Source of the DNA: Verrucomicrobiota bacterium
GTDB lineage: Bacteria; Verrucomicrobiota; Verrucomicrobiia; Limisphaerales; CANJSG01
NCBI GenBank assembly: GCA_038209745.1
Contig: JBBQXJ010000025.1
Coordinates: 1-55,936 of the forward strand
Direction of reading: 5' to 3'
Length of the DNA stretch: 55,936 nucleotides
Shown: in pieces, positions 38,531 through 48,400 of the stretch
Layout of the letters: each line of letters starts with the position of its first letter
How positions within the stretch are numbered: the first letter of the stretch is position 1
Notes under the pieces: model-generated
Told to the model about the DNA's origin: nothing
Databases searched by the model: none
What the model saw: only the letters and a program-made list of their open reading frames with translations
Made by a program: the position numbers and the translations under genes

Positions 38531-39244
38531 ATGGCCGACTCCGATGCCAAGCCGCCTCCCGCCCGGTCTCCAACCTCCGGGGTGGTCGTTCCGGCGCGGT
38601 TGAAATGGAATCAACGACTGGCGGCGGCGAGCATCTTCGGATTGGCCCGGTTGTTGATGGGAAGCTGGCGGGTGACGTTCCGTGACGAGACGGGTTTCCT
38701 CGCCGATCCGACCCACGGGCCGGTGATCTTCGCGCTGTGGCACAACCGCCTCGCGCTCTCCATGACCTGCTGGCTCGGCTACGTCCGACCGCATCGTCCG
38801 CACGCCAAACTTGTGGCCATGATCAGCGCCAGCAAGGACGGCGGGCTGCTGGCAAACATCCTTGGACGCTTCCGCGTGGTGCCGGTTCGCGGATCCTCCA
38901 GCCGGCGCGGCCGGCAGGCATTGTTGGAGAGCGCCCGGCTCATTGGGCGAGGGCACGACATCGCCATCACCCCGGACGGTCCGCGCGGGCCGGCGTTTCG
39001 GGTCCAGCCGGGTGTTCTCGCTTTGGCGCAGCTCTCCGGTAGACCGATTGTTCCCACTTCAGTGAAGATCGGCTGGAAGACCGAGCTGAAGAGCTGGGAC
39101 CGTTTTCAGATCCCTTGGCCTGGAGCGAAGTGCGAGGTCGTTTTCCGGGAAGCGATCCAGGTTCCGCGCGCCGCCACCGTCGAGGACCGGGAACGGCTGG
39201 CCGTCGACTTGGCGAAGGCCATGGACCGACCCTGTAATGCCTGA
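38531..39244 (+). CDS. DUF374 / lysophospholipid acyltransferase-family protein
   Basis: ALWHNR, ISASKDG, RGSSSRRG, ITPDGPRGP and SWDRFQIPWP motifs. Confidence 0.9.
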   Translation: MADSDAKPPPARSPTSGVVVPARLKWNQRLAAASIFGLARLLMGSWRVTFRDETGFLADPTHGPVIFALWHNRLALSMTCWLGYVRPHRPHAKLVAMISASKDGGLLANILGRFRVVPVRGSSSRRGRQALLESARLIGRGHDIAITPDGPRGPAFRVQPGVLALAQLSGRPIVPTSVKIGWKTELKSWDRFQIPWPGAKCEVVFREAIQVPRAATVEDRERLAVDLAKAMDRPCNA

Positions 39245-39346
39245 AGGAAACCCTTTATTGTGGGACCTCCGGGTGCTCGACGGAAAGTTCCACGCTTGAA
39301 GGTTTGGATGGTTGACGGTTCGGTCGATAGGTCCACTGTCCCAACT

Positions 39347-39565
39347 ATGCCAGCCCTCGATTCCATCAAGGTCCAGCAGTCGCATCTGCATGCGTTGGCC
39401 CTCAAACCCACCCCCGAGTCCACAGCCACCGTCCGTGCCGTGAAACCGAGCGACGATCCGTTGTCCCAACAGCGGATCCTTGCCCGGGTGAACCAACCGA
39501 GCTCCACTTTGGAGAAGATTCTCCACCGCCAGGAGTCCGTGCGCCAATACGGCATCAACGAGTGA
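39347..39565 (+). CDS. Small hypothetical protein
   Basis: 72 aa with good codon bias; a GC hairpin follows the stop. Confidence 0.55.
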   Translation: MPALDSIKVQQSHLHALALKPTPESTATVRAVKPSDDPLSQQRILARVNQPSSTLEKILHRQESVRQYGINE

Positions 39566-39681
39566 GCGAGGGATCGCGGGAGGCGGCCGAAGGCCGCCGA
39601 AGTTTCCGCCCGGGAACGGGTGGGGAGGAACGTGTGTTGCGTTCCGTTTACACGCGCTTGGCCCGCTGCTAGAACCCCCCG

Positions 39682-40497
39682 GTGCCTTCTGCCATATCCA
39701 TCTGGAAACAATTCTCGTCCCAGCGTCTCAGCCTGATCGCGGGTCCGTGCGTCGTTGAGAGCGAAGCGCTCTGTTTCAAGATCGCCCGATCCCTGATCAA
39801 GACCTGCGCCAAGCTGGACGTGCCCTACGTCTTCAAGGCGAGCTTCGACAAGGCCAACCGCTCCTCCGGTAAATCCTTTCGCGGACCCGGCCTCGACGTA
39901 GGTCTCGATGTCCTCGCGAAGATCCGCGCCGAACTCGGCGTGCCCGTGCTGACCGACGTCCACACCGCCGAGCAGGTCGAGCTGGCATCCGAGGTGGTGG
40001 ACGTGCTCCAAATCCCCGCGTTCCTCTGTCGCCAGACCGATCTCATCGAGGCCGCCGCCCAGTCCGGCCGCATCGTGAACATCAAGAAGGGCCAGTTTCT
40101 CGCCCCGGGCGACATGGGCAACGTGGTGAAGAAATTCTACGCCGCCGGGGGCAAACACCTGCTCCTGACCGAGCGCGGCACCACCTTCGGCTACAACAAC
40201 CTCGTGGTGGACATGCGGTCCATGCCGATAATGCGCGCGACGGGTTGCCCCGTGATCTTCGATGCGACCCATTCGGTCCAGCTCCCTGGCGGGGCGGGGG
40301 ACCGATCCAGTGGCCAGCGGGAATACGCGCCCGTGCTCGCCGCCGCCGCCATCGCGGCCGGTGCCACGGGCCTCTTCATCGAAACCCACCCCGATCCGGA
40401 CCAAGCCCTCAGCGACGGACCCAACATGATCCCGCTGGCCGACATGCCGAAGGTGCTCAAGCGCCTGGTGCGGATCCATGAGGCGTCCAAGGCCTGA
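39682..40497 (+). CDS. kdsA: KDO8P synthase
   Basis: [40 protein letters not shown] and DATHSVQ motifs. Confidence 0.97.
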   Translation: MPSAISIWKQFSSQRLSLIAGPCVVESEALCFKIARSLIKTCAKLDVPYVFKASFDKANRSSGKSFRGPGLDVGLDVLAKIRAELGVPVLTDVHTAEQVELASEVVDVLQIPAFLCRQTDLIEAAAQSGRIVNIKKGQFLAPGDMGNVVKKFYAAGGKHLLLTERGTTFGYNNLVVDMRSMPIMRATGCPVIFDATHSVQLPGGAGDRSSGQREYAPVLAAAAIAAGATGLFIETHPDPDQALSDGPNMIPLADMPKVLKRLVRIHEASKA

Positions 40498-40568
40498 TCG
40501 CGACCACTCTGCCCGATTGGCTTTCCGGTAGACCTGCCCGTAGTTTCATTGATTAAACCCGACACAAA

Positions 40569-41105
40569 ATGAGTTCCCTCGTCCATCCCCCGCTCGTCGA
40601 ACGCCTCGTCCACATCAAGCTTCTGGTCATGGACGTGGACGGCGTCTTGACCGACGCCACGGTCCAGATGGGCGCCGGAGTGGAGACCAAGACCTTCCAT
40701 ATTCGCGACGGCCTCGGGATCGTTCTGGCCCGCAAACACGGGATCAAGATCGCCTGGATTTCCGCCCGCCCGTCGGATGCCACCATCGCCCGGGCCGAGG
40801 ATCTGAAGGTCGATTTCCTTCATCAGGACAAAGGGCCGAAGGTCGCCGCCGTCGAAGACATCCAGCGGCAGTGCGGCGTCACCTGGGAAGAGACCTGCTA
40901 TGTGGGCGACGACGTCGTGGATCTGGGCTGCTTGAACCGCGCCGGCATGGCAGTCGCCCCGGCCGACGCGATCCCCGAAGCCCGCGATCTGGCCCACTAC
41001 GTCACTCTCACGACCGGAGGTCATGGCGCCATCCGCGAAGTCGTCGAGCTCATCCTCAAGGCCCAGGACAAGTGGGACGCCATCGTGCGCGAATACATGG
41101 CCTAG
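40569..41105 (+). CDS. kdsC: KDO8P phosphatase
   Basis: DVDGVLTD, RDGLG, VGDDVVD and GGHGAIRE motifs. Confidence 0.95.
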   Translation: MSSLVHPPLVERLVHIKLLVMDVDGVLTDATVQMGAGVETKTFHIRDGLGIVLARKHGIKIAWISARPSDATIARAEDLKVDFLHQDKGPKVAAVEDIQRQCGVTWEETCYVGDDVVDLGCLNRAGMAVAPADAIPEARDLAHYVTLTTGGHGAIREVVELILKAQDKWDAIVREYMA

Positions 41106-41106
41106 C

Positions 41107-43191
41107 ATGGGTGACACGACGACAGGACCGAATCCGGGGCCATCCAGCGGCAGGGCGACGGCTCCCGCCGAGCCACCCAGCAGTGGACTCTTTGCAGGAC
41201 CCGCGATTCTGGCCGCTCCTGCGCGCCAAGAAGTTGCCGGCGATGCTGTCTTGTTCCCTGAACGTCCACCGGCGGCGCGGCAGGATCCGTCACCCTGCCC
41301 GTCTTCCCTTGCGAGAGCCATTCATGGGCGTTGGGTCGCTTCGCTCCTTGTGCTCCTCGGTTTCGTGTCTTCCGGGTTCACCGCCGACAAGCCCCGCTCG
41401 GGGTTCACCATTCCCTATTACGAGGATCGCACGCTGTTGAAGGCCATCTTCACCGGTTTGAGCGGACAGGCGATTCCGGGAGGCGCGGTCTTCGCGACCA
41501 ACTTCACCGCCACGACCGTCCTGGAAGGGCGCCGGGACCAGCCGGAGTTCTCCGTCTCAGCGCCGTGGGTTCTCTTCAACCAGGCCCAGCGCACCGCGTC
41601 CTCCGCCGGCCCCGTTCGGTTCGCCACGGCGGATGGAAACTTTCTCCTGACCGGCGACGGCTTCCTCTGGCAGCAGACCGAGCGCTTGCTGTTCATCAGC
41701 AACAATGTCGCCACCACTCTGGTCGATCCGAAGAAGCCCGGCGCCGCTCCGGTGACCATCCGGTCCGAGCGCCTCCGCTACGACCGTGATGCCCGCAGCG
41801 GGGCCTACGAGGGAACCGTCCGTGTGGTGTCGCCCGAGTTCACCCTCGATGGTGGCCAGTTGACCGTGGCCATGTCGGTGAGCAACACGCTCGAGAGGTT
41901 GACCGCCCGCCGAGACGTCGTCTTTGCGGATCTGCTCGAGAAGTCCACCGCGACCGCCGATTTCGCCGACTACCAGATCCTCGAAGGCCGCGAATACATC
42001 GAGCTCGACGGCAAGCCCCGGTGGCGCGACGCCTTTCGCCGCAGCCGCGCCGCCCACTATTCGATCGATCGCGCCGCCCGCACCCTGCTCGCCACCGGTG
42101 ATGCCTACTTCAGGCTGCCCCGGGAATCTCTCTCGCAACCGGGCGGCGTGATGGCCGGCACTCCGACGATCCAGTCAGCGACCAACTTCGTGGAGCTCAC
42201 CGCGTCGCGCATCTTCGCCGCGCTCGATCCGGCCACCAACCAGGTGCGCCACATCCTCGCGGAAACCAACGTCGTCATCGCCTCGACCGACGGCCGCGAC
42301 CGATCCAGTGGTGACCGCGCCGAATACCTCGAGGCCACCGGCGATCTCGTCCTGACCGGCCACCGGGCTGAAGTGCGCCGGGACGACTCGGTCGTGCAGG
42401 CGCGACACATCCGCGTCAACCGAGTGTCCGGCGACGTCGAAGCGACGACCAACGCCTTCCTGCGCATCCGCCTCCCGATCACGGCGGAGCGGAGCCGGTC
42501 GCTCTCCGTCTCCACCAATCTCTTCGCCGAGGTCGACGCCTCCGCCTTCCGCATCCAGGGCGGCCAGGTCGTGGCCGACGATCAGGTGAAGGCGCGCCTG
42601 CTGGAGGATCGCGCCCTGGCCGGCACCCTCGACAGCCGGCAGTTGAAGGCGGCCTTCGACCTCGACAAGAACGTCCGTCACATCGATGCCTTCGGGCAGG
42701 TCTTCATCCGCCAGTTCCCGGTCAATGGCCGGACCAACTTCCTCGGCAAGGAACTGACCGCCGAACACCTCGTGGCCGACGTTTCGGTCGACCATTCCCT
42801 CCAGAAGCTGGAAGCCGATCAGGGACTGCGCGTGGAACAACGGGTCGTCGGATCGAAGGGCGCGACCAACGTCACCATCGCCGGGGCCCGGACCGCTTCG
42901 GCGTGGTTCGGACCGTTGAGCACGCTGGAGCGGTTCGTGGCCCAGCAGCAGGTCCATCTCAGTCGCGACGCGGACTACGTGACCGGGGAACGCGCCGTCT
43001 ACCAGGCGACCAACCGCGTCGGTGTGCTGGAGCTGACCGGCAATCCCTTGGCGGTGAAAGACGGGGCCATGATCACCAACGCGGATTCATTGCTCTACCA
43101 CGAGGAAACCAAGAAGGTCTCCGCCTACGGGCGTTTCAATGTCGTGCCCGTGACGACCAACACGGTGGCGAAGCCGAACGCCGGCCAGTAG
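41107..43191 (+). CDS. LptC/LptA(OstA)-like LPS transport protein, multi-domain; start uncertain
   Basis: Lies between kdsC and lptB; one TM helix followed by repeated beta-jellyroll-type segments (GDRAEY, LVLTG, LELTGNP). Confidence 0.82.
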   Translation: MGDTTTGPNPGPSSGRATAPAEPPSSGLFAGPAILAAPARQEVAGDAVLFPERPPAARQDPSPCPSSLARAIHGRWVASLLVLLGFVSSGFTADKPRSGFTIPYYEDRTLLKAIFTGLSGQAIPGGAVFATNFTATTVLEGRRDQPEFSVSAPWVLFNQAQRTASSAGPVRFATADGNFLLTGDGFLWQQTERLLFISNNVATTLVDPKKPGAAPVTIRSERLRYDRDARSGAYEGTVRVVSPEFTLDGGQLTVAMSVSNTLERLTARRDVVFADLLEKSTATADFADYQILEGREYIELDGKPRWRDAFRRSRAAHYSIDRAARTLLATGDAYFRLPRESLSQPGGVMAGTPTIQSATNFVELTASRIFAALDPATNQVRHILAETNVVIASTDGRDRSSGDRAEYLEATGDLVLTGHRAEVRRDDSVVQARHIRVNRVSGDVEATTNAFLRIRLPITAERSRSLSVSTNLFAEVDASAFRIQGGQVVADDQVKARLLEDRALAGTLDSRQLKAAFDLDKNVRHIDAFGQVFIRQFPVNGRTNFLGKELTAEHLVADVSVDHSLQKLEADQGLRVEQRVVGSKGATNVTIAGARTASAWFGPLSTLERFVAQQQVHLSRDADYVTGERAVYQATNRVGVLELTGNPLAVKDGAMITNADSLLYHEETKKVSAYGRFNVVPVTTNTVAKPNAGQ
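41149..41299. repeat. REPIN-like element in the 5' part of the lptA-like ORF
   Basis: GGCAGGGCGACGGCTCCCGCCGAGCC ... GGCGCGGCAGGATCCGTCACCCTGCC (22/26 inverted match). Confidence 0.8.
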
Positions 43192-43227
43192 ACGCTCTGT
43201 TCCGTCGGAAACAAGAACCTGGATCCC

Positions 43228-43950
43228 ATGTCCCTGCTGAACACCGACAAGTTGATCAAGTCCTACCGCCAGCGGCGCGTGGTCGATGGGGTTTCCATCC
43301 ACGTCAACCCGGGCGAGATCGTCGGGCTGCTCGGCCCCAACGGCGCGGGCAAGACCACCACCTTCGGCATGGTCGTCGGCGTCGTCCGACCCGACGAAGG
43401 CACCGTCACCTTCGACGGTCACGACATCACCTCCAAGGCGATGCACCAGCGGGCCCGGCTCGGCATCGGCTACCTCACCCAGGAGCCGTCCGTCTTCCGC
43501 AAGCTGACCGTCGAGCAGAACATCCTCGCCATCCTGGAGACCCTCGACATCGGCCGCGAAGAACGCCGCGTCCGGCTCAACATGTTGCTCGCCGAGCTGG
43601 ACCTCGGCCGCTTGGCCAAGACCAAGGCGATGGCGCTCAGCGGCGGCGAGAAGCGCCGGCTGGAGATCACCCGCGCCCTCGTCACCAGCCCCCGAATGCT
43701 GCTGCTCGACGAACCCTTCGCCGGCATCGATCCCATCGCCATCCACGAAGTGCAGAAGATCGTCCGCCGCCTGAAGGAACGCGGCCTCGGCATCCTCATC
43801 ACCGACCACAACGTCCGCGAGACGTTGAAGCTGGTGGACCGCGCCTACCTCATCCACCACGGCGAAGTCGTCTATTCCGGCGGCGGCTTGGAAATGCTGG
43901 AAGATCCCAAAGCCCGCGAAATCTATCTGGGACCGGACTTCAACATGTAG
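43228..43950 (+). CDS. lptB: LPS export ABC ATPase LptB
   Basis: [39 protein letters not shown] and YLG motifs. Confidence 0.97.
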   Translation: MSLLNTDKLIKSYRQRRVVDGVSIHVNPGEIVGLLGPNGAGKTTTFGMVVGVVRPDEGTVTFDGHDITSKAMHQRARLGIGYLTQEPSVFRKLTVEQNILAILETLDIGREERRVRLNMLLAELDLGRLAKTKAMALSGGEKRRLEITRALVTSPRMLLLDEPFAGIDPIAIHEVQKIVRRLKERGLGILITDHNVRETLKLVDRAYLIHHGEVVYSGGGLEMLEDPKAREIYLGPDFNM

Positions 43951-43952
43951 CC

Positions 43953-44381
43953 GTGACTACGAAGAACCCAACTTGGTTGACCGTTTGGAAGGTTTGGAAG
44001 TTCGTCGGATGGGTTTTGCTGGGTGTGCTGTTTCAGGCGCTCGCGGTGTTTCTTGCGACAGAGATGCTCGGCGGCGGACACGGTGATCCATTCTACCTGC
44101 AAGTTTTGATCGGGCCTTGGTGGATTCTGCACGCCGAAGTATGGCTTTGGCCTGTCGCGGGAGCGCTGTTCGCGGTGAGAGAGTTCTCCTGGGCACGATA
44201 TTCCCTGATCGGCCTGCTGTTGTTCCAGTATATCGGAATCATGATGATTGGCCCGGACGAACGCCCCAACGTTGTTTGGACTTACGGCAAGTTGCTGGTC
44301 GTCACTTATGTCGTGGTTCAGCTCCTCGTCTGGAGCGGAATCGTCCGGGCCGCTATCCTGGATGGGAAGCAAAGAGCATGA
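43953..44381 (+). CDS. Hypothetical multi-TM membrane protein
   Basis: GTG start 2 nt after the lptB stop; hydrophobic helices and a GGGHG motif; lower GC. Confidence 0.7.
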   Translation: MTTKNPTWLTVWKVWKFVGWVLLGVLFQALAVFLATEMLGGGHGDPFYLQVLIGPWWILHAEVWLWPVAGALFAVREFSWARYSLIGLLLFQYIGIMMIGPDERPNVVWTYGKLLVVTYVVVQLLVWSGIVRAAILDGKQRA

Positions 44382-45316
44382 GTTCCCCGCTTGATTTCCT
44401 CCGCCTCTTCGCCGACCGCCTGCGCGAGGCTGGCATCCGGTTCGCCATCACTTCGGGCATGGCCTGTGTCCACTACGGGCTCGCGCAGAACACCAAGGAT
44501 TCCGACTGGATCATCCGCCCGGAAGACTTGGCGAAACTGCGCGACCTGTTCGCCCAACGGGAAACCGAAGGGTGGCGCATCTCCTATCGTTCGATCTTCG
44601 GTGCGCCCTTGGATCAGGCCTATCTGGGCCACGGCTGGACCAGCCATCTCTCCGTGTGGAGCGGGGGAGATTCGATGGAAAACAAGGTCGACATCTTCGG
44701 CCAACCACCCCGTGTCCAAGCTTCGGAGATAGTGGCCGATGCCGAGGGTTGGGCCGACCGCCACGTCGTGGCCCAGATGAAGAGAACCGACCGCGACAAG
44801 GACTGGCCCTTCGTCGACGGACTGGGTTTGCAGCTCCGATTGGCGGGTGAGGCGCGGTCGCTTCTCCACATCCGGGACGCCCGTCGTCTGCGCGAAGCTT
44901 GGGTCGAAGCCTCGCCTGAGAGCCGTCGAAACATGGCTCTTCGGCGACCCCTGCTGGCCATGCTGGAGACCGTGTCGGACGATCTGGATCTGGAACGGCT
45001 GTTGGCCGTGGAGCGCGCCATTTGGGAAAACGTCAACCGCGAGCGTTATGGAGCCCATGAACGGGTCTGGAAGGAGTTCTACCGGCGATGGCGGCTGGCG
45101 AACGACTTTATATGGCCGGTTGAGGGTCCGTTCTGTGGGCAGCACGATCATCTGTTGGGAGCGGCCCGGATCCACCGGTTGGCTGAGGATCCGCTGGGCG
45201 ATGCGGGTCGTGAAGCTTTGCTGAGGGCCGGACTCCAACGGGCCGCGCGCTTGCTCAACGCCCCAGAAAAGGAGATCAACCTGGTGTTGCCGCCGATCAA
45301 AGAAATGCTGCCATGA
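44378..45316 (+). CDS. Putative nucleotidyltransferase-fold protein
   Basis: AITSGMACVHYG...TKDSDW (G[GS]...DxD pattern), VDIF and MKRTDRDKD motifs. Confidence 0.7.
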   Translation: MSSPLDFLRLFADRLREAGIRFAITSGMACVHYGLAQNTKDSDWIIRPEDLAKLRDLFAQRETEGWRISYRSIFGAPLDQAYLGHGWTSHLSVWSGGDSMENKVDIFGQPPRVQASEIVADAEGWADRHVVAQMKRTDRDKDWPFVDGLGLQLRLAGEARSLLHIRDARRLREAWVEASPESRRNMALRRPLLAMLETVSDDLDLERLLAVERAIWENVNRERYGAHERVWKEFYRRWRLANDFIWPVEGPFCGQHDHLLGAARIHRLAEDPLGDAGREALLRAGLQRAARLLNAPEKEINLVLPPIKEMLP

Positions 45317-45510
45317 ACCCATCTCCGGAATATCCCGAGTGGTATTACGAGCACTTGGAGCGCCTTTTCGGCGAGGAACGCGCTGCTTGGGCGCGGTTGC
45401 CCCGGGAAGAGCGGGAGAAGGAGATCCGCTGGTATCACGCGCATTTCAACACGCCCGACGATCTCTCCGAATGGCCCGCCGAACTCGACGGCGGGCGGGA
45501 TCGCCCCTGA
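45313..45510 (+). CDS. Small acidic/aromatic protein coupled to the NTase-like gene
   Basis: ATGA overlap with the upstream gene; 65 aa. Confidence 0.6.
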   Translation: MNPSPEYPEWYYEHLERLFGEERAAWARLPREEREKEIRWYHAHFNTPDDLSEWPAELDGGRDRP

Positions 45511-45520
45511 TTGTCCAGCC

Positions 45521-46495
45521 ATGAAACACACCGAACTCACCGTCCGACAGTTCTACGACCAGCAGAAGGAAGCCCTCCAGATGACCCTCGTCGGTGGAGA
45601 GGCGGGCCTGGAAAGGATCATCCGTGAGCCGACCGTGAACCGGCCCGGCCTCGCGATGGCCGGGTTCAACCGCTACTTCGCCCACAAGCGCATCCAGGTC
45701 ATCGGCAACGCGGAGTATTCCTTCCTCCGCCAGCTGCCCAACGTCGCCCGCAAGACCTGCTATCACGAGCTGTTCCGCCGTCGCATCCCCTGCGTGGTCT
45801 ATTCCCGGAACCTGGTGCCGGACAAGATGGCCATGGCGGAGGCGACCGAGTTCGGCCTGCCGGTCTTCCGCACCCCGCAGATCACGATGAAGTTCATCAA
45901 CCGCGCCACGCTGGCGATGGAGGCGATCTTCGCCCCGCGCGGAACCGAGATTGGCAGCATGGTGGACATCCTCGGCGTCGGCGCGATCGTCCGCGGCGAA
46001 AGCGGCATCGGCAAAAGCGAGAGCGTACTGGCCCTGATCGAACGCGGCCACAGCCTCGTCAGCGACGACATCACGCGCGTTACGCTGCTCGACGGCAAGG
46101 AGATCATCGGCACCAGCCCCGAACTGACCCGCAATCTCATGGAGGTGCGCGGCATCGGCATCATCAATGTGGCCTCGCTCTTCGGCGTCAAGGCCATCCG
46201 CCACGACAAGCGCGTGGACGTGGTGGTGACGCTGAAAGCATGGAACGACGTGGCCGATATTGACCGGCTCGGTCTCGACATCGAGACGGTCGACATCCTC
46301 GGCGTGCCCGTGCCGCACATGACCATTCCCGTCCGGCCCGGCCGCGATCTCGCGCGCCTGATCGAAGTGGCCGCGCTCCAGATCAAGCTGCGCCTCTCCG
46401 GCCAGAATCCCGCCGCCGATCTCGACGAACGCCTCCAGGCCTTGATGCAGAGGAAAGCTCCTGAACCGATCCGGGCTCCCACCAATCGAGAGTAG
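45521..46495 (+). CDS. hprK: HPr kinase/phosphorylase
   Basis: NRPGL, GESGIGKSE, LVSDD, MEVRGIGII and IPVRPGR motifs. Confidence 0.97.
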   Translation: MKHTELTVRQFYDQQKEALQMTLVGGEAGLERIIREPTVNRPGLAMAGFNRYFAHKRIQVIGNAEYSFLRQLPNVARKTCYHELFRRRIPCVVYSRNLVPDKMAMAEATEFGLPVFRTPQITMKFINRATLAMEAIFAPRGTEIGSMVDILGVGAIVRGESGIGKSESVLALIERGHSLVSDDITRVTLLDGKEIIGTSPELTRNLMEVRGIGIINVASLFGVKAIRHDKRVDVVVTLKAWNDVADIDRLGLDIETVDILGVPVPHMTIPVRPGRDLARLIEVAALQIKLRLSGQNPAADLDERLQALMQRKAPEPIRAPTNRE

Positions 46496-46666
46496 ACAAC
46501 CCTGTGGAGGGAGAGGGTTCTGTGGGACGAGGTGTTGGATGCTGGGCGAAGCGCGTTGGCCCGAGGGGCGGCCTCGTCTTGTTGGCCATGGCCCTCATCT
46601 ACCCGGTTGCGACTCGGCCGACCGGTGGCGGGTGGAATGCAAAAACGACCATGTCCTTCCTCGGAT

Positions 46667-47151
46667 TCACCAACGTCGTAACCGGTGTCCAACGCCCGCC
46701 CGCACTCTTCGCAACGACTGGGCAGAAACTCCTGCTCGGACTTCAGCTCCGCCAGCCGCGCGGCCTTCCGTCACGAAGCAGACCCGCCACGCGACCCCGA
46801 AACGATCCGTGACCATGCCGAAGGACGGCGAGTCGAACGTTTTGGTCGACGGCAGCATCACTTGCCCGCCTTCGAACAACCCGGCGAAGGCGCGTTCGGA
46901 TTCGGGAAGGACTTCTTGGTGCGGGGACAGCGAGATGCTGGTGAACGAAGGCCTCCCAGAGCAGCGTCCGGCGGGAAACTGGCGTGCGTCACCTTGTCGG
47001 GTGGAGGCGTCGGTTCCGGGCTGTCCTTGCTGCGCATCAGCATGGTGACTTCGGCGCCGAGCTTCGTCTTGAAGAATTCCAGGGCGGCTTCGCAGGTGCC
47101 TTCCCAGCGAAGGCAGGGCTGGACGAAGGTAGAGGTGGTGGCAGTCGTCAT
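46667..47151 (-). pseudogene. VOC/PhnB-family pseudogene
   Basis: VQPCLRWEGTCEAALEFF..LGAEV..HASF, then a deletion/frameshift to GGQVMLP..TFDSPSFGMVTDRFGVAW. Confidence 0.82.
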
Positions 47152-47236
47152 GGTGGTCGATTGCTCGCGGAGTCGTTTCTCACAGCGAGGACGAACGGAG
47201 GGGACGATCCAGGACACCGGGAGAATTTTTTTCGGA

Positions 47237-47322
47237 AACAAATTTTACGGATTACCACGAATCGAAAAGACGCGCTCCGTTCTCTTGTCCCGAATTCGTG
47301 TTCATCCGTGAAATTCGTGTCT
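47237..47322. repeat. REP-like element (ACACGAAT class)
   Basis: acacaaattttacggattaccacgaat ... attcgtgttcatccgtgaaattcgtgt. Confidence 0.7.
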
Positions 47323-47325
47323 GCC

Positions 47326-47862
47326 TCAGGGCTTCGCCGGCTCCGCACCCGCCTTTAAGTTCGCCAATCCCCGCTCGAACTGCCCGCCGACCATCTTGTC
47401 CATGCTCATGAAGAGGCAGAACGCCTTCGCGATGAAGTTGTTCGTCCCGGTCATGGTCCAGGTGACGGTCGTCTGGTCGCCCTCGGGCTTGAAGGTGAAT
47501 TCGGCGTCGCTGATGCCGGCCATTGGCTTGACGAAGTCCATGCGGCAACCGATCGATTCGTTGGCGACGCTCCGGGTGATGGTCAGCTTGCCTTCGCCGA
47601 CTTCACTGTTTCCGACCCAGTGATACGACGCACCGACGCCGGAGGGTGGACCGTCGTAGGTCATTTTCATGGCCGGATCGATCTTGCCCCAGGGATTCCA
47701 CGCCTCCCAATTCTTGAGCTCGTTCACTTGGGCGAAGAGCGTCGCCGGGGGTGCGGCCACGGTGGTGCTGCGCGTGACGCGGTAGCCGCCGGGCTGCAGC
47801 GCCACGACGACGAGGAACGCCACGAGGGCGGCAGCGAGAACGGCGAGAATCTTCTTGGCCAT
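47326..47862 (-). CDS. SRPBCC / polyketide-cyclase-like protein
   Basis: N-terminal TM, WNPW, GVGASYHW.GN..VGEG and GGQFERGLANLK motifs. Confidence 0.9.
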   Translation of the reverse strand: MAKKILAVLAAALVAFLVVVALQPGGYRVTRSTTVAAPPATLFAQVNELKNWEAWNPWGKIDPAMKMTYDGPPSGVGASYHWVGNSEVGEGKLTITRSVANESIGCRMDFVKPMAGISDAEFTFKPEGDQTTVTWTMTGTNNFIAKAFCLFMSMDKMVGGQFERGLANLKAGAEPAKP

Positions 47863-47910
47863 AGGTTTTGGTGTTTGGCGGTTTTTAAGCGGTCCTTGCA
47901 TCGGCGCGGC

Positions 47911-48210
47911 TCACCCGCCGGCGATGGCACCGACGATGAGGAACGGTTCTTCGCCGCGGACGACCGCTTCGGGCAACGGGGTGTTTGGTGGTTCGAGCGA
48001 CAGGTCTTCCTTGCAGGCGAAGTAGCGGATGAACGGCCGGCGCTTCAGCGTGCCGTGGTCGCGGATCGTGCCGCACAACATCGGATAGGCGGCCTCCAAC
48101 GCGCCCAGTGCCGCTCCGACCGTCACTGGCTCGGGGACATCCAAAGTCACCTCGCCGTCCACGCGGGCGAGCGTGCGGAGATGGAAGGGGAGGACGATGC
48201 GGATGCTCAT
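47911..48210 (-). CDS. MoaD/ThiS-family ubiquitin-like protein
   Basis: [18 protein letters not shown] and [10 protein letters not shown] motifs, with C-terminal AIAGG. Confidence 0.9.
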   Translation of the reverse strand: MSIRIVLPFHLRTLARVDGEVTLDVPEPVTVGAALGALEAAYPMLCGTIRDHGTLKRRPFIRYFACKEDLSLEPPNTPLPEAVVRGEEPFLIVGAIAGG

Positions 48211-48232
48211 AATGACGAAGCGGCCGCCGTCA

Positions 48233-48325
48233 CCACCCCGCAGGGTTGGCAGCGATTGGCCGGGGGTGTCATCGCGCTGTGCGCTCCTCGATCCCCGGCT
48301 AATGGCTGGCAACCTTTCAGGTTGC
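48233..48325. repeat. REPIN-like element
   Basis: caccccgcagggttggcagcgattggccggggg ... ccccggctaatggctggcaacctttcaggttg. Confidence 0.65.
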
Positions 48326-48400
48326 TCAATCTGTCGCCATTTCCTGTTAGGCCTTGCGGCATTCGTAGTTTCTTCGGCCTTCGCTTTTCCCGCTTCAGGT

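Noticed and set aside
46496..46812. 102-aa ORF after hprK
   Set aside because: Starts in a repeat-like stretch and runs into the VOC pseudogene; at most a gene remnant.
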